Below, piece by piece: positions 16,489 to 24,102 of a stretch of DNA of 25,597 nucleotides. The stretch is from a virus. Its lineage: Duplodnaviria > Heunggongvirae > Uroviricota > Caudoviricetes. The stretch spans positions 1 through 25,597 of IMG/VR virus record IMGVR_UViG_3300043313_001192. One strand, written 5' to 3'. Position 1 is the stretch's first letter, and every line of letters starts with the position of its first letter. Under the pieces are notes generated by a model. The model worked only from the letters and a program-made list of their open reading frames with translations, had not been told where the DNA came from and searched no databases. Both the position numbers and the translations under genes were made by a program.

Positions 16489-16686
16489 ATGGACGACTCT
16501 GAGAAGCAGGTGCCGCAGCGAGAGACCTGCGTCTACTGCAAGGTCGCCATCTACCTGGGGATCGTGGTCAAGGACGAGTGGGCGCATGGCTCCGGGTCTC
16601 GCTGGTGCCAGACACCGAACGGGTACACCGCCACGCCGCTGCGCGAGGCGACACCCACCTACCACGGAAATGAGGACGTGCTGTGA
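16489..16686 (+). CDS. Small zinc-binding protein (CVYC...WAH...C)
   Basis: ATG 16489 after AGGGA; Cys/His pattern. Confidence 0.7.
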   Translation: MDDSEKQVPQRETCVYCKVAIYLGIVVKDEWAHGSGSRWCQTPNGYTATPLREATPTYHGNEDVL

Positions 16687-17018
16687 CCGACTTCCCGACC
16701 CACACGATCACGGTCACGAAGGTCTCCTACGAGGAGCCGCGCGGCAACTACCTGACCGAGCTACCGGTGTGCGAGTACGAGATCGACCACGGAGTGTGCG
16801 AGGTGCGCGGCGAGGAGTGCATCGTCGAAGGGAACGTGCAGGAGCTGGGGCTGCACGCCGCGCTGTACGGGGTCTGGGACACCTGGGACCAGCTCAACCG
16901 GCTGGAGGCCGGACGCGAGTATCGGGTGCGCGGCTGGGTCTCGAAGTTCGACATCCCCGGTGAGCCGATCGAGTACGACGCCGGGATCGAGGAGGTGGAC
17001 GAGGATGACGACGCCTAA
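16683..17018 (+). CDS. Hypothetical acidic protein
   Basis: GAGGA RBS, GTGA overlap. Confidence 0.75.
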   Translation: MTDFPTHTITVTKVSYEEPRGNYLTELPVCEYEIDHGVCEVRGEECIVEGNVQELGLHAALYGVWDTWDQLNRLEAGREYRVRGWVSKFDIPGEPIEYDAGIEEVDEDDDA

Positions 17019-17442
17019 CCAGCAGTCCTACTGCTTCGGGCACTACCTCGACGAGGACGGTGTCGTGCAGCACTGCCTGGGTCCGTTCGAGCACTGGGGC
17101 GAGCACAGCAAGGACTGGCCGCAGAGCGAGCCGCCGAAGCCGGAGCCGACACCGGAGAAGACGCAGGTCGCGCCCGCGATCCGCCAGATGACCGAGGACG
17201 TGCTGGGTGGGGCGCCGGTGGAGATCGGCAAGCGCTACTGGCACCCCGAGGACGGGCTGATCGAGATCACCTCGGGCCAGTACTGGGGCACCCACGGGCT
17301 GTCCAACTTCTGGTACTGGACGGTGGTCGAGACCGGGGAGGAGAAGAACGGCTACGGCGGCGAGTGGGAGCGAGACTTCCCGTGCGCGCAGGGCTGCAGG
17401 CCCTCGCAGGGGGATGTGTGCGGCGGACCGCGGTGCACATGA
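17005..17442 (+). CDS. Hypothetical Cys/His/Trp-rich protein
   Basis: GGAGG RBS before ATG 17005; GC3 bias. Confidence 0.75.
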   Translation: MTTPNQQSYCFGHYLDEDGVVQHCLGPFEHWGEHSKDWPQSEPPKPEPTPEKTQVAPAIRQMTEDVLGGAPVEIGKRYWHPEDGLIEITSGQYWGTHGLSNFWYWTVVETGEEKNGYGGEWERDFPCAQGCRPSQGDVCGGPRCT

Positions 17443-17445
17443 GGT

Positions 17446-17465
17446 GTTTACCTGTATGGTAAACT
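17446..17465. promoter_or_regulatory. Palindromic operator GTTTACC-N5-GGTAAAC overlapping an extended -10 (TGG-TAAACT)
   Basis: Perfect 7-bp arms; intergenic; matches 8848 and 16382. Confidence 0.65.
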
Positions 17466-17505
17466 TCTGCCAACGACATAACGACGCAGGACGAGAGGAC
17501 GAGAC

Positions 17506-18537
17506 ATGGGAGCCATCGACGCCTTCCACGTGAAGCAGGTGATCTGGGAGACGCTGCACACGCACGCCTTCCACCGGTTCGCCGACATCTACAGCGCCTC
17601 GCTGCGCGGCGAGGCCCTGGTCGAGGAGACCGTGCCGATGGCCGAGATCCCGGACTTCGTGCGCAGCGGCGACGCCTCGGTGGCCCGCGAGGTGCGGGTG
17701 GCCCGGATGAGCGAGACGTTCTACGTGGCGCCGCTGATGTCGCGGCTGGTTACCGCCGCGGCGGAGTCCTGGCCGCAGGACGAGCTGGTGCTGGCTGAGG
17801 ACTGGCCGACCACGCACGGGTTCATGTACATCCCTGGCGGGGTCTCCACGGTCGACGTGCGCGGGCAGGTCAACGTCACCGAGATCTTCACCTGGGAGGT
17901 CCGCGGAGCCCAGACCGAGGTGGTCTGGTGGACCAACAAGACGTACGACGCGCCGGTGCTGCGCGAGCGGATCGGCTGGGAGGCGATCCCGCAGTACACG
18001 CCCTGGCACCTGACCGTGCTCAAGCACGGGCGGGCGCTGCCCCAGGCGATGGTGATGGGCACCGTGATCCCGCCCGAGGTCGGCCGGGAGATGCGCTGGA
18101 TCACCGGGCCGAACGGGGAACGCTCGCTGTACTTCCCGCAAGGCTGGACACCCGAGGAGCTGCAGCCGCACATCGGGGTGGACCGGGTCTCGGCCTGGCT
18201 GGTCTCAGCGCTCCGGATCATGCAACAGCCGCTAGCTGCGGTGGAGCGCAAGGGGATGCCCGCCAACCTGCGGCGCGGGCTGATGCGGCACCCGGTCCGG
18301 CTCAAGCAGAAGGCGGTCACCGTGATCGACTTCCGGCGACGGGCAGGCGACTTCGAGCACGTCGGGGAGCGAGAGTATTCGCACCGGTTCCTGCGCCGAG
18401 GACACTGGCGGCGTCAGCCGTACAAGAACGTCGACGGGGAGTGGGACCAGCGCCGAATCTGGATTCATTCCACGATCGTCGGCGATCCCAGCAAGCCGCT
18501 GATCCTGCGCGAGCACGTGAACGCACTCACAAGGTGA
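17506..18537 (+). CDS. Conserved phage protein of unknown function (C-terminal RGHWRxQ family)
   Basis: REYSHRFLRRGHWRRQPY...RIWIHSTIVG; GAGGA RBS. Confidence 0.85.
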   Translation: MGAIDAFHVKQVIWETLHTHAFHRFADIYSASLRGEALVEETVPMAEIPDFVRSGDASVAREVRVARMSETFYVAPLMSRLVTAAAESWPQDELVLAEDWPTTHGFMYIPGGVSTVDVRGQVNVTEIFTWEVRGAQTEVVWWTNKTYDAPVLRERIGWEAIPQYTPWHLTVLKHGRALPQAMVMGTVIPPEVGREMRWITGPNGERSLYFPQGWTPEELQPHIGVDRVSAWLVSALRIMQQPLAAVERKGMPANLRRGLMRHPVRLKQKAVTVIDFRRRAGDFEHVGEREYSHRFLRRGHWRRQPYKNVDGEWDQRRIWIHSTIVGDPSKPLILREHVNALTR

Positions 18538-18583
18538 TCAGCGGTTAGGGTTGGCGAAGTTGAAGTGAGACAAGGACGAAGCG

Positions 18584-19141
18584 ATGACCGTTGACCCACC
18601 GGAGGGGTACGAGCCGGACCCGGACGAGCCCGGCTACTCCCCCGAGCCGGTGGGGAGCCGGGCGATCCCGGACCCGCCGCCGGGGCTGGACGTGCCGTTG
18701 GGCGAGGTCCGGGACTGGCTCCGGGCGCGGGTCGAGAAAGGCGTGCACTGCCCCGCCTGTGAGCAGTTCGCGAAGGTCTACCGGCGGCAGATCTACGCGG
18801 GCATGGTCCGGGCGCTGGTGCTGATGTGGCGCGAAGGTGACTTCGGCCGACGGCTCTACGTGCACGTGCCCTCGATCGACCCGGCTCGCGGCGGCGACGT
18901 GGCCAAGCTGGAGTTCTGGGGGCTGATCGAGGAGGAGCGCGCCTCGCGGGTGGACGGGGGCCGAGCCGGGTTCTGGCGAGTGACCAGGCGCGGTGAGGAC
19001 TTCCTGCAGCGCAAGACGATGGTGCCCAAGTACGCCCGGATCTACGACGGGCGACTGCTCTCGTTGACCGGGCCGCTGGTGGGTGTTGACGACGCACTAC
19101 GAGGTGCGTTCCGGTTGGACGAGTTGATGGAGGGGATCTGA
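18584..19141 (+). CDS. CPxC plus winged-helix-like phage protein
   Basis: CPACEQFAKVYRR...GDVAKLEFWGLIEE...FWRVTRRGEDFL (wHTH wing-like). Confidence 0.75.
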   Translation: MTVDPPEGYEPDPDEPGYSPEPVGSRAIPDPPPGLDVPLGEVRDWLRARVEKGVHCPACEQFAKVYRRQIYAGMVRALVLMWREGDFGRRLYVHVPSIDPARGGDVAKLEFWGLIEEERASRVDGGRAGFWRVTRRGEDFLQRKTMVPKYARIYDGRLLSLTGPLVGVDDALRGAFRLDELMEGI

Positions 19142-19146
19142 GCGAG

Positions 19147-19338
19147 ATGACCGAGGACGAACGCAAGCAGCTGCGGACCGACGCGCAGCGGGCACGTGAC
19201 GAGGGGATGCGACGCCTCGTCGAGGCCGACCAGTACGACGTGGTGATGCCACGAGGAGTCCCGAAGAAGGTGCCGCGCAACGTGTGCCGGTGCCCCGTCC
19301 TGGACGTGGGTGATTTCTGCCCGGTGCACGGAGGCTGA
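19147..19338 (+). CDS. Small Cys-rich protein (CRCP...CPVHG)
   Basis: Cys/His motif; GC3 bias. Confidence 0.7.
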   Translation: MTEDERKQLRTDAQRARDEGMRRLVEADQYDVVMPRGVPKKVPRNVCRCPVLDVGDFCPVHGG

Positions 19339-19383
19339 TCGACCATCGAAATCTGAGCGGGGGGAGGAGCGAGGGAGTGACGT

Positions 19384-19599
19384 ATGACGAAGCACCGACA
19401 GGGCAAGGGATCGGGAACACCGGAGGAAGAGCGGACCTACACCCGACGGCAGTGGCTGACCCGACGGGCGATCATGAACGGCGCGCCGGTGATCCTGGCC
19501 CAGGAGGCGGTGTCCTCGGTGGCGATCGAGCACGACTGGGACATGGACACCGAACGCAAGACGATGGCCGAGTGGGACATGATGGAGCACCACCAATGA
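19384..19599 (+). CDS. Hypothetical protein
   Basis: GGGAG RBS; AQEAVSSVAIEHDWDM. Confidence 0.75.
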   Translation: MTKHRQGKGSGTPEEERTYTRRQWLTRRAIMNGAPVILAQEAVSSVAIEHDWDMDTERKTMAEWDMMEHHQ

Positions 19600-19638
19600 C
19601 CACAGCGACACACGACACACAGAACTCGGGACCTGCAC

Positions 19639-19842
19639 GTGCCTACTCAGCGAGAACAGCCAGATCCGGGGGCACCGCGCCCACGCCCGATCCTGCCGCC
19701 GGACACGACGTCGCGGCGAGCCACGGGGAAGAGCCAGCACACCCAGCACACCCAGCACACCCAGCACCCCCGGCACCGTCGGGTGACCTGGAAGAAGCGG
19801 CTGTGGAACCGGATGTGGGGCCGCAGTGACCGCGATCGGTGA
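19639..19842 (+). CDS. Small basic protein with QHT repeats (frame uncertain; alternative 19596..19829)
   Basis: Better GC3 than the alternative frame; contains a CCAGCACAC tandem repeat (~4 copies, 19733-19768). Confidence 0.45.
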   Translation: MPTQREQPDPGAPRPRPILPPDTTSRRATGKSQHTQHTQHTQHPRHRRVTWKKRLWNRMWGRSDRDR

Positions 19843-19843
19843 G

Positions 19844-20488
19844 ATGCAGGTCTACACCGGGGCCGGGTGGGTCCGGCTGGCACCAGGTTCGTCGGTGGCG
19901 GTGGACCCGGAGACCGTGGGGTGGCCACCCGCGATGCCGAAGCCGATGAAGTGGGAGCCCGCCGATCACGGAGGACCGGAGCCGGAGGACGACCCGGTGA
20001 TCTCCGAGCTGTGCGAGGTGCTGCTGTGCCCCAACTGCGACATGGAGCTGTCGGCTGCTGCGTGCACCCCGCAGCACGCCTACCTGGCCGACAACCCGGT
20101 CGAGCACCGGCTGCTGAAGCCGCTGCTGGAGCCGTACCTGAAGCAGCTGCGCTTCGATGAGGGGCGGCTGTGCTCGTCGTGCACGTTCGCGGCCGGGCAC
20201 GACGTCGTGCTGGCGAGTGAGCCGTGCAACCACGTTGACGCTCGCGGGGACCAGGTGCTGATCAGCACCGTGCAGTGGCAGGAGCTGGCCGGGGAGTTCG
20301 CCAGAGCCCGCGGCGCGCTGGCCGGGATCGAGGACCGGCTGCGGGACTCAGAGGAGGATCTCGGGGCGCTGCTGACCTGGCACTACTACCACCGCGACGA
20401 CGCGCCGCACCTGAGCGTGAGCAAGTACTGGCGCGAGGTGGCCGCGAACGCCATCAAGAGACTGATCGACGGAACGGAGAAGACATGA
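19844..20488 (+). CDS. Cys-rich hypothetical protein (alternative start 19826)
   Basis: CPNC, C-x3-H, CSSC, CNH. Confidence 0.75.
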   Translation: MQVYTGAGWVRLAPGSSVAVDPETVGWPPAMPKPMKWEPADHGGPEPEDDPVISELCEVLLCPNCDMELSAAACTPQHAYLADNPVEHRLLKPLLEPYLKQLRFDEGRLCSSCTFAAGHDVVLASEPCNHVDARGDQVLISTVQWQELAGEFARARGALAGIEDRLRDSEEDLGALLTWHYYHRDDAPHLSVSKYWREVAANAIKRLIDGTEKT

Positions 20489-20901
20489 GTGACGAGGACG
20501 AGCACGAGCTGGAGACGGCAGCGGTGCCCTACGACGAGCACCTGCGCGAGCGCGCCCAGGCGCTGCTGGACTCGGTGGCGCCCGGTGGGGTGCCGCAGGA
20601 GGTCGCCGAGGGGTTCCTGCGCGAGCTGGGGGCGATCGTGGCCGAGCGCCGCGACATGGAGATGTGGAACCAGCGCGGGATGAGCGGTGCGCAGTGGGTC
20701 GCGTCCTACCCCTCGCAGGAGAAGGCCGCGGAGGCGGTGCAGTACCTGATGACCCACGAGCACGGGCACCACTTCGCGGTGCTCGGGGAGGGACAGGACC
20801 TGGTGGTGTCCAAGATGGGCACCGAGTGCCTGCAGAAGTTCCACCAGGCCGAGAAGGAGCGCGGGGAGCGGCTGGCCGGTGGAGATGGGGGGACCTCGTG
20901 A
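20485..20901 (+). CDS. Hypothetical protein
   Basis: GGAG RBS, ATGA overlap at 20485. Confidence 0.8.
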   Translation: MSDEDEHELETAAVPYDEHLRERAQALLDSVAPGGVPQEVAEGFLRELGAIVAERRDMEMWNQRGMSGAQWVASYPSQEKAAEAVQYLMTHEHGHHFAVLGEGQDLVVSKMGTECLQKFHQAEKERGERLAGGDGGTS

Positions 20902-20972
20902 TCGGGTTCTTCATCACCGTCGGGGTGGTGGTGCTCCTGCTCTGGTGGACGAACACCGGAACGAGCCCGTGA
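20898..20972 (+). CDS. 24-aa single-pass membrane microprotein
   Basis: GTGA overlap; MIGFFITVGVVVLLLWWTNTGTSP. Confidence 0.5.
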   Translation: MIGFFITVGVVVLLLWWTNTGTSP

Positions 20973-20976
20973 TCAC

Positions 20977-21108
20977 GTGATCTGGTGGCACGAACGGGTG
21001 CTGCGGCACACGCTGCGGCGCAACACGATGATCTCGGTGCCGATGTGGGACCGGACGTCTCGGGGCGTGCTGGTGACGTGCTCGTGCGGGAAGACGTGGG
21101 CTCGGTGA
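20977..21108 (+). CDS. 43-aa zinc-binding microprotein (H...H...CSCG)
   Basis: Manual translation MIWWHERVLRHTLRRNTMISVPMWDRTSRGVLVTCSCGKTWAR; fills the gap; below the ORF-track cutoff. Confidence 0.6.
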   Translation: MIWWHERVLRHTLRRNTMISVPMWDRTSRGVLVTCSCGKTWAR

Positions 21109-21114
21109 GTGGCG

Positions 21115-21495
21115 ATGAACGGAAGATGCGAGGTAGTCAGGGTGAGTGAGCCAGGTGAGCGGGAGAACTTCCGCACCTTCGACGACGTGCTGACCTGCTC
21201 GACCCCGGACACGGTGGACGAGTCGGATCCGGCGTCGCTGGAGGCGTGGAAACGCCAGGCGGTCGGGATCTGCAAGCAGTACGTGTGGAAGCAGTACCGA
21301 GTACCGCCCTACGAGCTGCTGTTCGGGCGCGCGGACGTGCTGGTCACCGGAGACCCCGTCGAGGCGGCGGCGTTCCAGCCCGGCGATGCCTGCGAGACGT
21401 GCCGAGAGGGCACCGAGGTCGCCGTTGCGTACCTGAAGGAGCACCCGGAGGCGTCGGTGACCCAGGTGAACCTCGCGGTGACCGAAGTCTGGTAG
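21115..21495 (+). CDS. Hypothetical protein with CxxC (start uncertain, 21109-21142)
   Basis: GC3 bias; CETC. Confidence 0.7.
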   Translation: MNGRCEVVRVSEPGERENFRTFDDVLTCSTPDTVDESDPASLEAWKRQAVGICKQYVWKQYRVPPYELLFGRADVLVTGDPVEAAAFQPGDACETCREGTEVAVAYLKEHPEASVTQVNLAVTEVW

Positions 21496-21577
21496 CGATC
21501 TGGTAGGTGCTGTTTACCTAAACGGGTGCACAGTGGGTGGTAGTGGGTGTGGGGCTCGGGGGAAAGGGGGGAGGGTG

Positions 21578-21724
21578 ATGATTCGCCTGTGCAAGCAACT
21601 GTTCGTGTGCAGTCGCCGAGGGCATGTGGAGTGGCCCGAAGGTGCGGCGAACCCGCTGTGCTGGCGCTGCGGGAAGTGGCTGGAAGGGACCGAGCCGCCG
21701 CCGTTGACGTCCAGGCGCCTGTGA
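21578..21724 (+). CDS. Small C-x3-GH...CxRC zinc-finger protein (DUF1660-like)
   Basis: GGAGG RBS; VCSRRGH...LCWRCG. Confidence 0.65.
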   Translation: MIRLCKQLFVCSRRGHVEWPEGAANPLCWRCGKWLEGTEPPPLTSRRL

Positions 21725-21763
21725 GCTGAGTCAGCGAGCTGAGTCGGGCGCAGACTGGTGGTT

Positions 21764-21937
21764 ATGCAACCACGAGGACGCGCGCGCAAGCGGTTGATCT
21801 ACGTCGGTGTGGGGGACCTGGTGCGGCGGTGGCACGCCCGGTTCGGGGTCTGCCGCCGCGAGGGGCATTCGCCGTTCTGGTACGAGGAGTGGGGGATCTT
21901 CTGCTACCGATGTCACCGACGGGTGGCGCCGAGTTGA
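21764..21937 (+). CDS. Small C-x3-GH...CxRC zinc-finger protein (57 aa)
   Basis: Manual translation MQPRGRARKRLIYVGVGDLVRRWHARFGVCRREGHSPFWYEEWGIFCYRCHRRVAPS. Confidence 0.6.
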   Translation: MQPRGRARKRLIYVGVGDLVRRWHARFGVCRREGHSPFWYEEWGIFCYRCHRRVAPS

Positions 21938-21950
21938 AGGATGGGCGGGC

Positions 21951-22367
21951 TTGGAGACAGGTGACTTAGCCTACCTGGCCGGGGTGCTGGACACCCGTGC
22001 GGTGGTGCGGGTGCGGGTGTTGCCGGGGAACGGGACGGTGCTGCCGTATGTGGCGATGTCGTGCGGGGACGCGGAGCTGCTGAGGTGGCTGGGAGAGATC
22101 TCGGGGGTGAAGTCGATCGTGACGTCGAGGGACTACGACAAGCACCGCTGCCTGGAGCACTGTGAGCGGGCGCACGAGCACATCCGGTCGGTCTCGGGGC
22201 GGTGGTCGCTGACCGGGGTGCGGGCGACCGTGGTGCTGGTGGCGACCCGGCCGTGGGTGCGGTTCGGGGAGGAGAAGTGGGACCGGGGGATTGCGGCCGG
22301 GCTCGCAGCGCCGCGCAAGGAGGGGGTGCTGCGAAAGATGACGGCGCTCGGCTGGCCGGTGCCGTAG
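21951..22367 (+). CDS. Degenerate single-motif LAGLIDADG-like protein with His/Cys insertion
   Basis: DLAYLAGVLDTRA motif, downstream beta pattern, DAELLRWL helix, WSLTG; TTG start after GAAGGA. Confidence 0.65.
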   Translation: METGDLAYLAGVLDTRAVVRVRVLPGNGTVLPYVAMSCGDAELLRWLGEISGVKSIVTSRDYDKHRCLEHCERAHEHIRSVSGRWSLTGVRATVVLVATRPWVRFGEEKWDRGIAAGLAAPRKEGVLRKMTALGWPVP

Positions 22368-22379
22368 CCTGATGGCGCA

Positions 22380-23120
22380 ATGACAGCGACGGATGAGACG
22401 GAAGACCGAACGATGAGCACGATGAGCACCGAGAGCTTCAACTTCGATGACTGGCGCGTAGGGAACACCTACTGGACTTCGGACTGGCACTGGGGCCATG
22501 ACCGGATCCGGGAGCTGTGCGGTCGGCCGTTTGGGTCGGTGGGCGAGATGAACCGGGTGCTCCTGGAGCGGGTGAACGACGTGGTGACCCGTCGGGACAC
22601 GCTGGTGATCCTCGGCGACGTGATCATGGGGCGGTTCGAGGACACCATCCAGCTGATGCAGCAGATCCAGGCGCGCCGGATCTGGATCATCCCCGGCAAC
22701 CACGACCGGTTCTCACTCGCCTACCGCAACCGCGGCGGGCCGGAGGCCCAGCGGACCGCCCGCGAGCTGTGGCGGCTTGAGTACGAGCAGGCTCGGGTGG
22801 GGGCGGGTCGCGGAGGAGGGCGGCTGATCCGGGCCGAGCCGGACGTGGTGCCCTCGGTGTGGCACACCGAGATCGGAATGCAGCCGGTGGCGGTCTCGCA
22901 CTACCCCTACCAGGGTGACTCCGGCAAGACCGACCGGCACCGCTGGCTGCGGCCGGTGGACGAGGGTCTTCCGCTGATCCACGGGCACGTGCACACCGCG
23001 TGGAGGACTTCGGGGCCTCAGTTCAACGTCGGGGTCGACGTGAACGACTTCGCCCCGGTCGGTGAGGCGGTGCTGTCCGCGTGGCTGGACCGGCTGCGGA
23101 TGGACACGTACGCGGGCTAG
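22380..23120 (+). CDS. Calcineurin-like metallophosphoesterase
   Basis: SDWHWGH, LGD, GNHD, SHYP, HGHVH, NVGVD. Confidence 0.93.
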   Translation: MTATDETEDRTMSTMSTESFNFDDWRVGNTYWTSDWHWGHDRIRELCGRPFGSVGEMNRVLLERVNDVVTRRDTLVILGDVIMGRFEDTIQLMQQIQARRIWIIPGNHDRFSLAYRNRGGPEAQRTARELWRLEYEQARVGAGRGGGRLIRAEPDVVPSVWHTEIGMQPVAVSHYPYQGDSGKTDRHRWLRPVDEGLPLIHGHVHTAWRTSGPQFNVGVDVNDFAPVGEAVLSAWLDRLRMDTYAG

Positions 23121-23127
23121 CGCTGAC

Positions 23128-23160
23128 GTTGGGGAATCCTTAGAGTGGCAATCTGATTGC
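23128..23160 (+). promoter_or_regulatory. GTTGGGGAATC-NN-TAGAGT-GGCAATC promoter with GCAATC-T-GATTGC palindrome
   Basis: Near-identical to 23913-23938. Confidence 0.6.
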
Positions 23161-23177
23161 TACTCAAAGGGGACCTG

Positions 23178-23678
23178 ATGGACAGAACGACGATAACGAC
23201 GAGGATCGCGGTGGGACTGGTGGCGCTGACGATGGCGCTGGTGGGGCCGGTGCTGATCGCGGCGCCAGCTGGGGCAGCCGGAGGGTCGTGTGCGGGCTAC
23301 GTCAAGGCTGCGCACGACATCCGCTGGAGTTCCTTCGCGGGGCACCGGGTGGTGGCGGACTTCATCTCGTGCGGCTACCGGCCCTCGGGGTTGATCGGGC
23401 CGGTGCGCTACGGGATGCGCGGGATGAACCGGCCGACGCTGGCGCTGCAGAACCGGATCCCGTTCGCGGGCGGGGAGACGCTGCGGGTGATCACGCCGGT
23501 GTACCACTACAGCACGACGTCGCGTTACTTCAAGTACCGCTGGGTGCTCTCGCAGGGGCACGTCGCGACACCGCGGCTGACCCAGAACTGGCACATGGAG
23601 CTGCAGGTGCGTCGGCAGGGGTCGCCGGTGGCCAGGATGTGCTTCGTGGGGCGCTCGTGCAGCGCCTGGCAGAACTGA
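23178..23678 (+). CDS. Secreted or exported protein with Sec signal peptide
   Basis: AAGGGG RBS; N-terminal R, hydrophobic core and APAGA|A cleavage-like site; 4 Cys. Confidence 0.75.
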   Translation: MDRTTITTRIAVGLVALTMALVGPVLIAAPAGAAGGSCAGYVKAAHDIRWSSFAGHRVVADFISCGYRPSGLIGPVRYGMRGMNRPTLALQNRIPFAGGETLRVITPVYHYSTTSRYFKYRWVLSQGHVATPRLTQNWHMELQVRRQGSPVARMCFVGRSCSAWQN

Positions 23679-23688
23679 GAAGGGTGGG

Positions 23689-23913
23689 ATGGAGAGCGTG
23701 GAGATGGAGAGCGGGAGACAGATGAGGGTCAACGTGGCCGCGGTGGCCGGGATCGTGGTGGGGCTGCTGTGCGCGGTGTGGCTGCTCGCGCACCCGGAGT
23801 CCCCGGTGCTGGTGTTCGTGGCGATGATCGGGTTCGCACTGTTCCTGGTGCTGGGCCTGGTGATGACCGCGGTCTGGGCGGTGCGGACGGTGCGGCGGCT
23901 GCGGGCGCGCTAG
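23689..23913 (+). CDS. Two-TM membrane protein (alternative start 23722)
   Basis: Two hydrophobic segments and a basic C-terminal tail. Confidence 0.7.
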   Translation: MESVEMESGRQMRVNVAAVAGIVVGLLCAVWLLAHPESPVLVFVAMIGFALFLVLGLVMTAVWAVRTVRRLRAR

Positions 23914-23938
23914 TTGGGGAATCTGTATAGTGACAATC
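23913..23938 (+). promoter_or_regulatory. GTTGGGGAATC-TG-TATAGT-GACAATC promoter
   Basis: Near-identical to 23128-23153; near-consensus -10. Confidence 0.6.
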
Positions 23939-24102
23939 ACCAGCGCCACTCCGCTCCGGCGGGCGACGCTGAGACCGCCCTGACGGGTCTACTCATGCGG
24001 GGGAGACCTGGCGGGTGCGGGATGTGGGGGAGGGACCGGCCGGACCAAGGTGCTCTTGGTCCGGCCGTGTCTGTCTCCGGGGGGCGGGGGCGGGAGCGGG
24101 AG

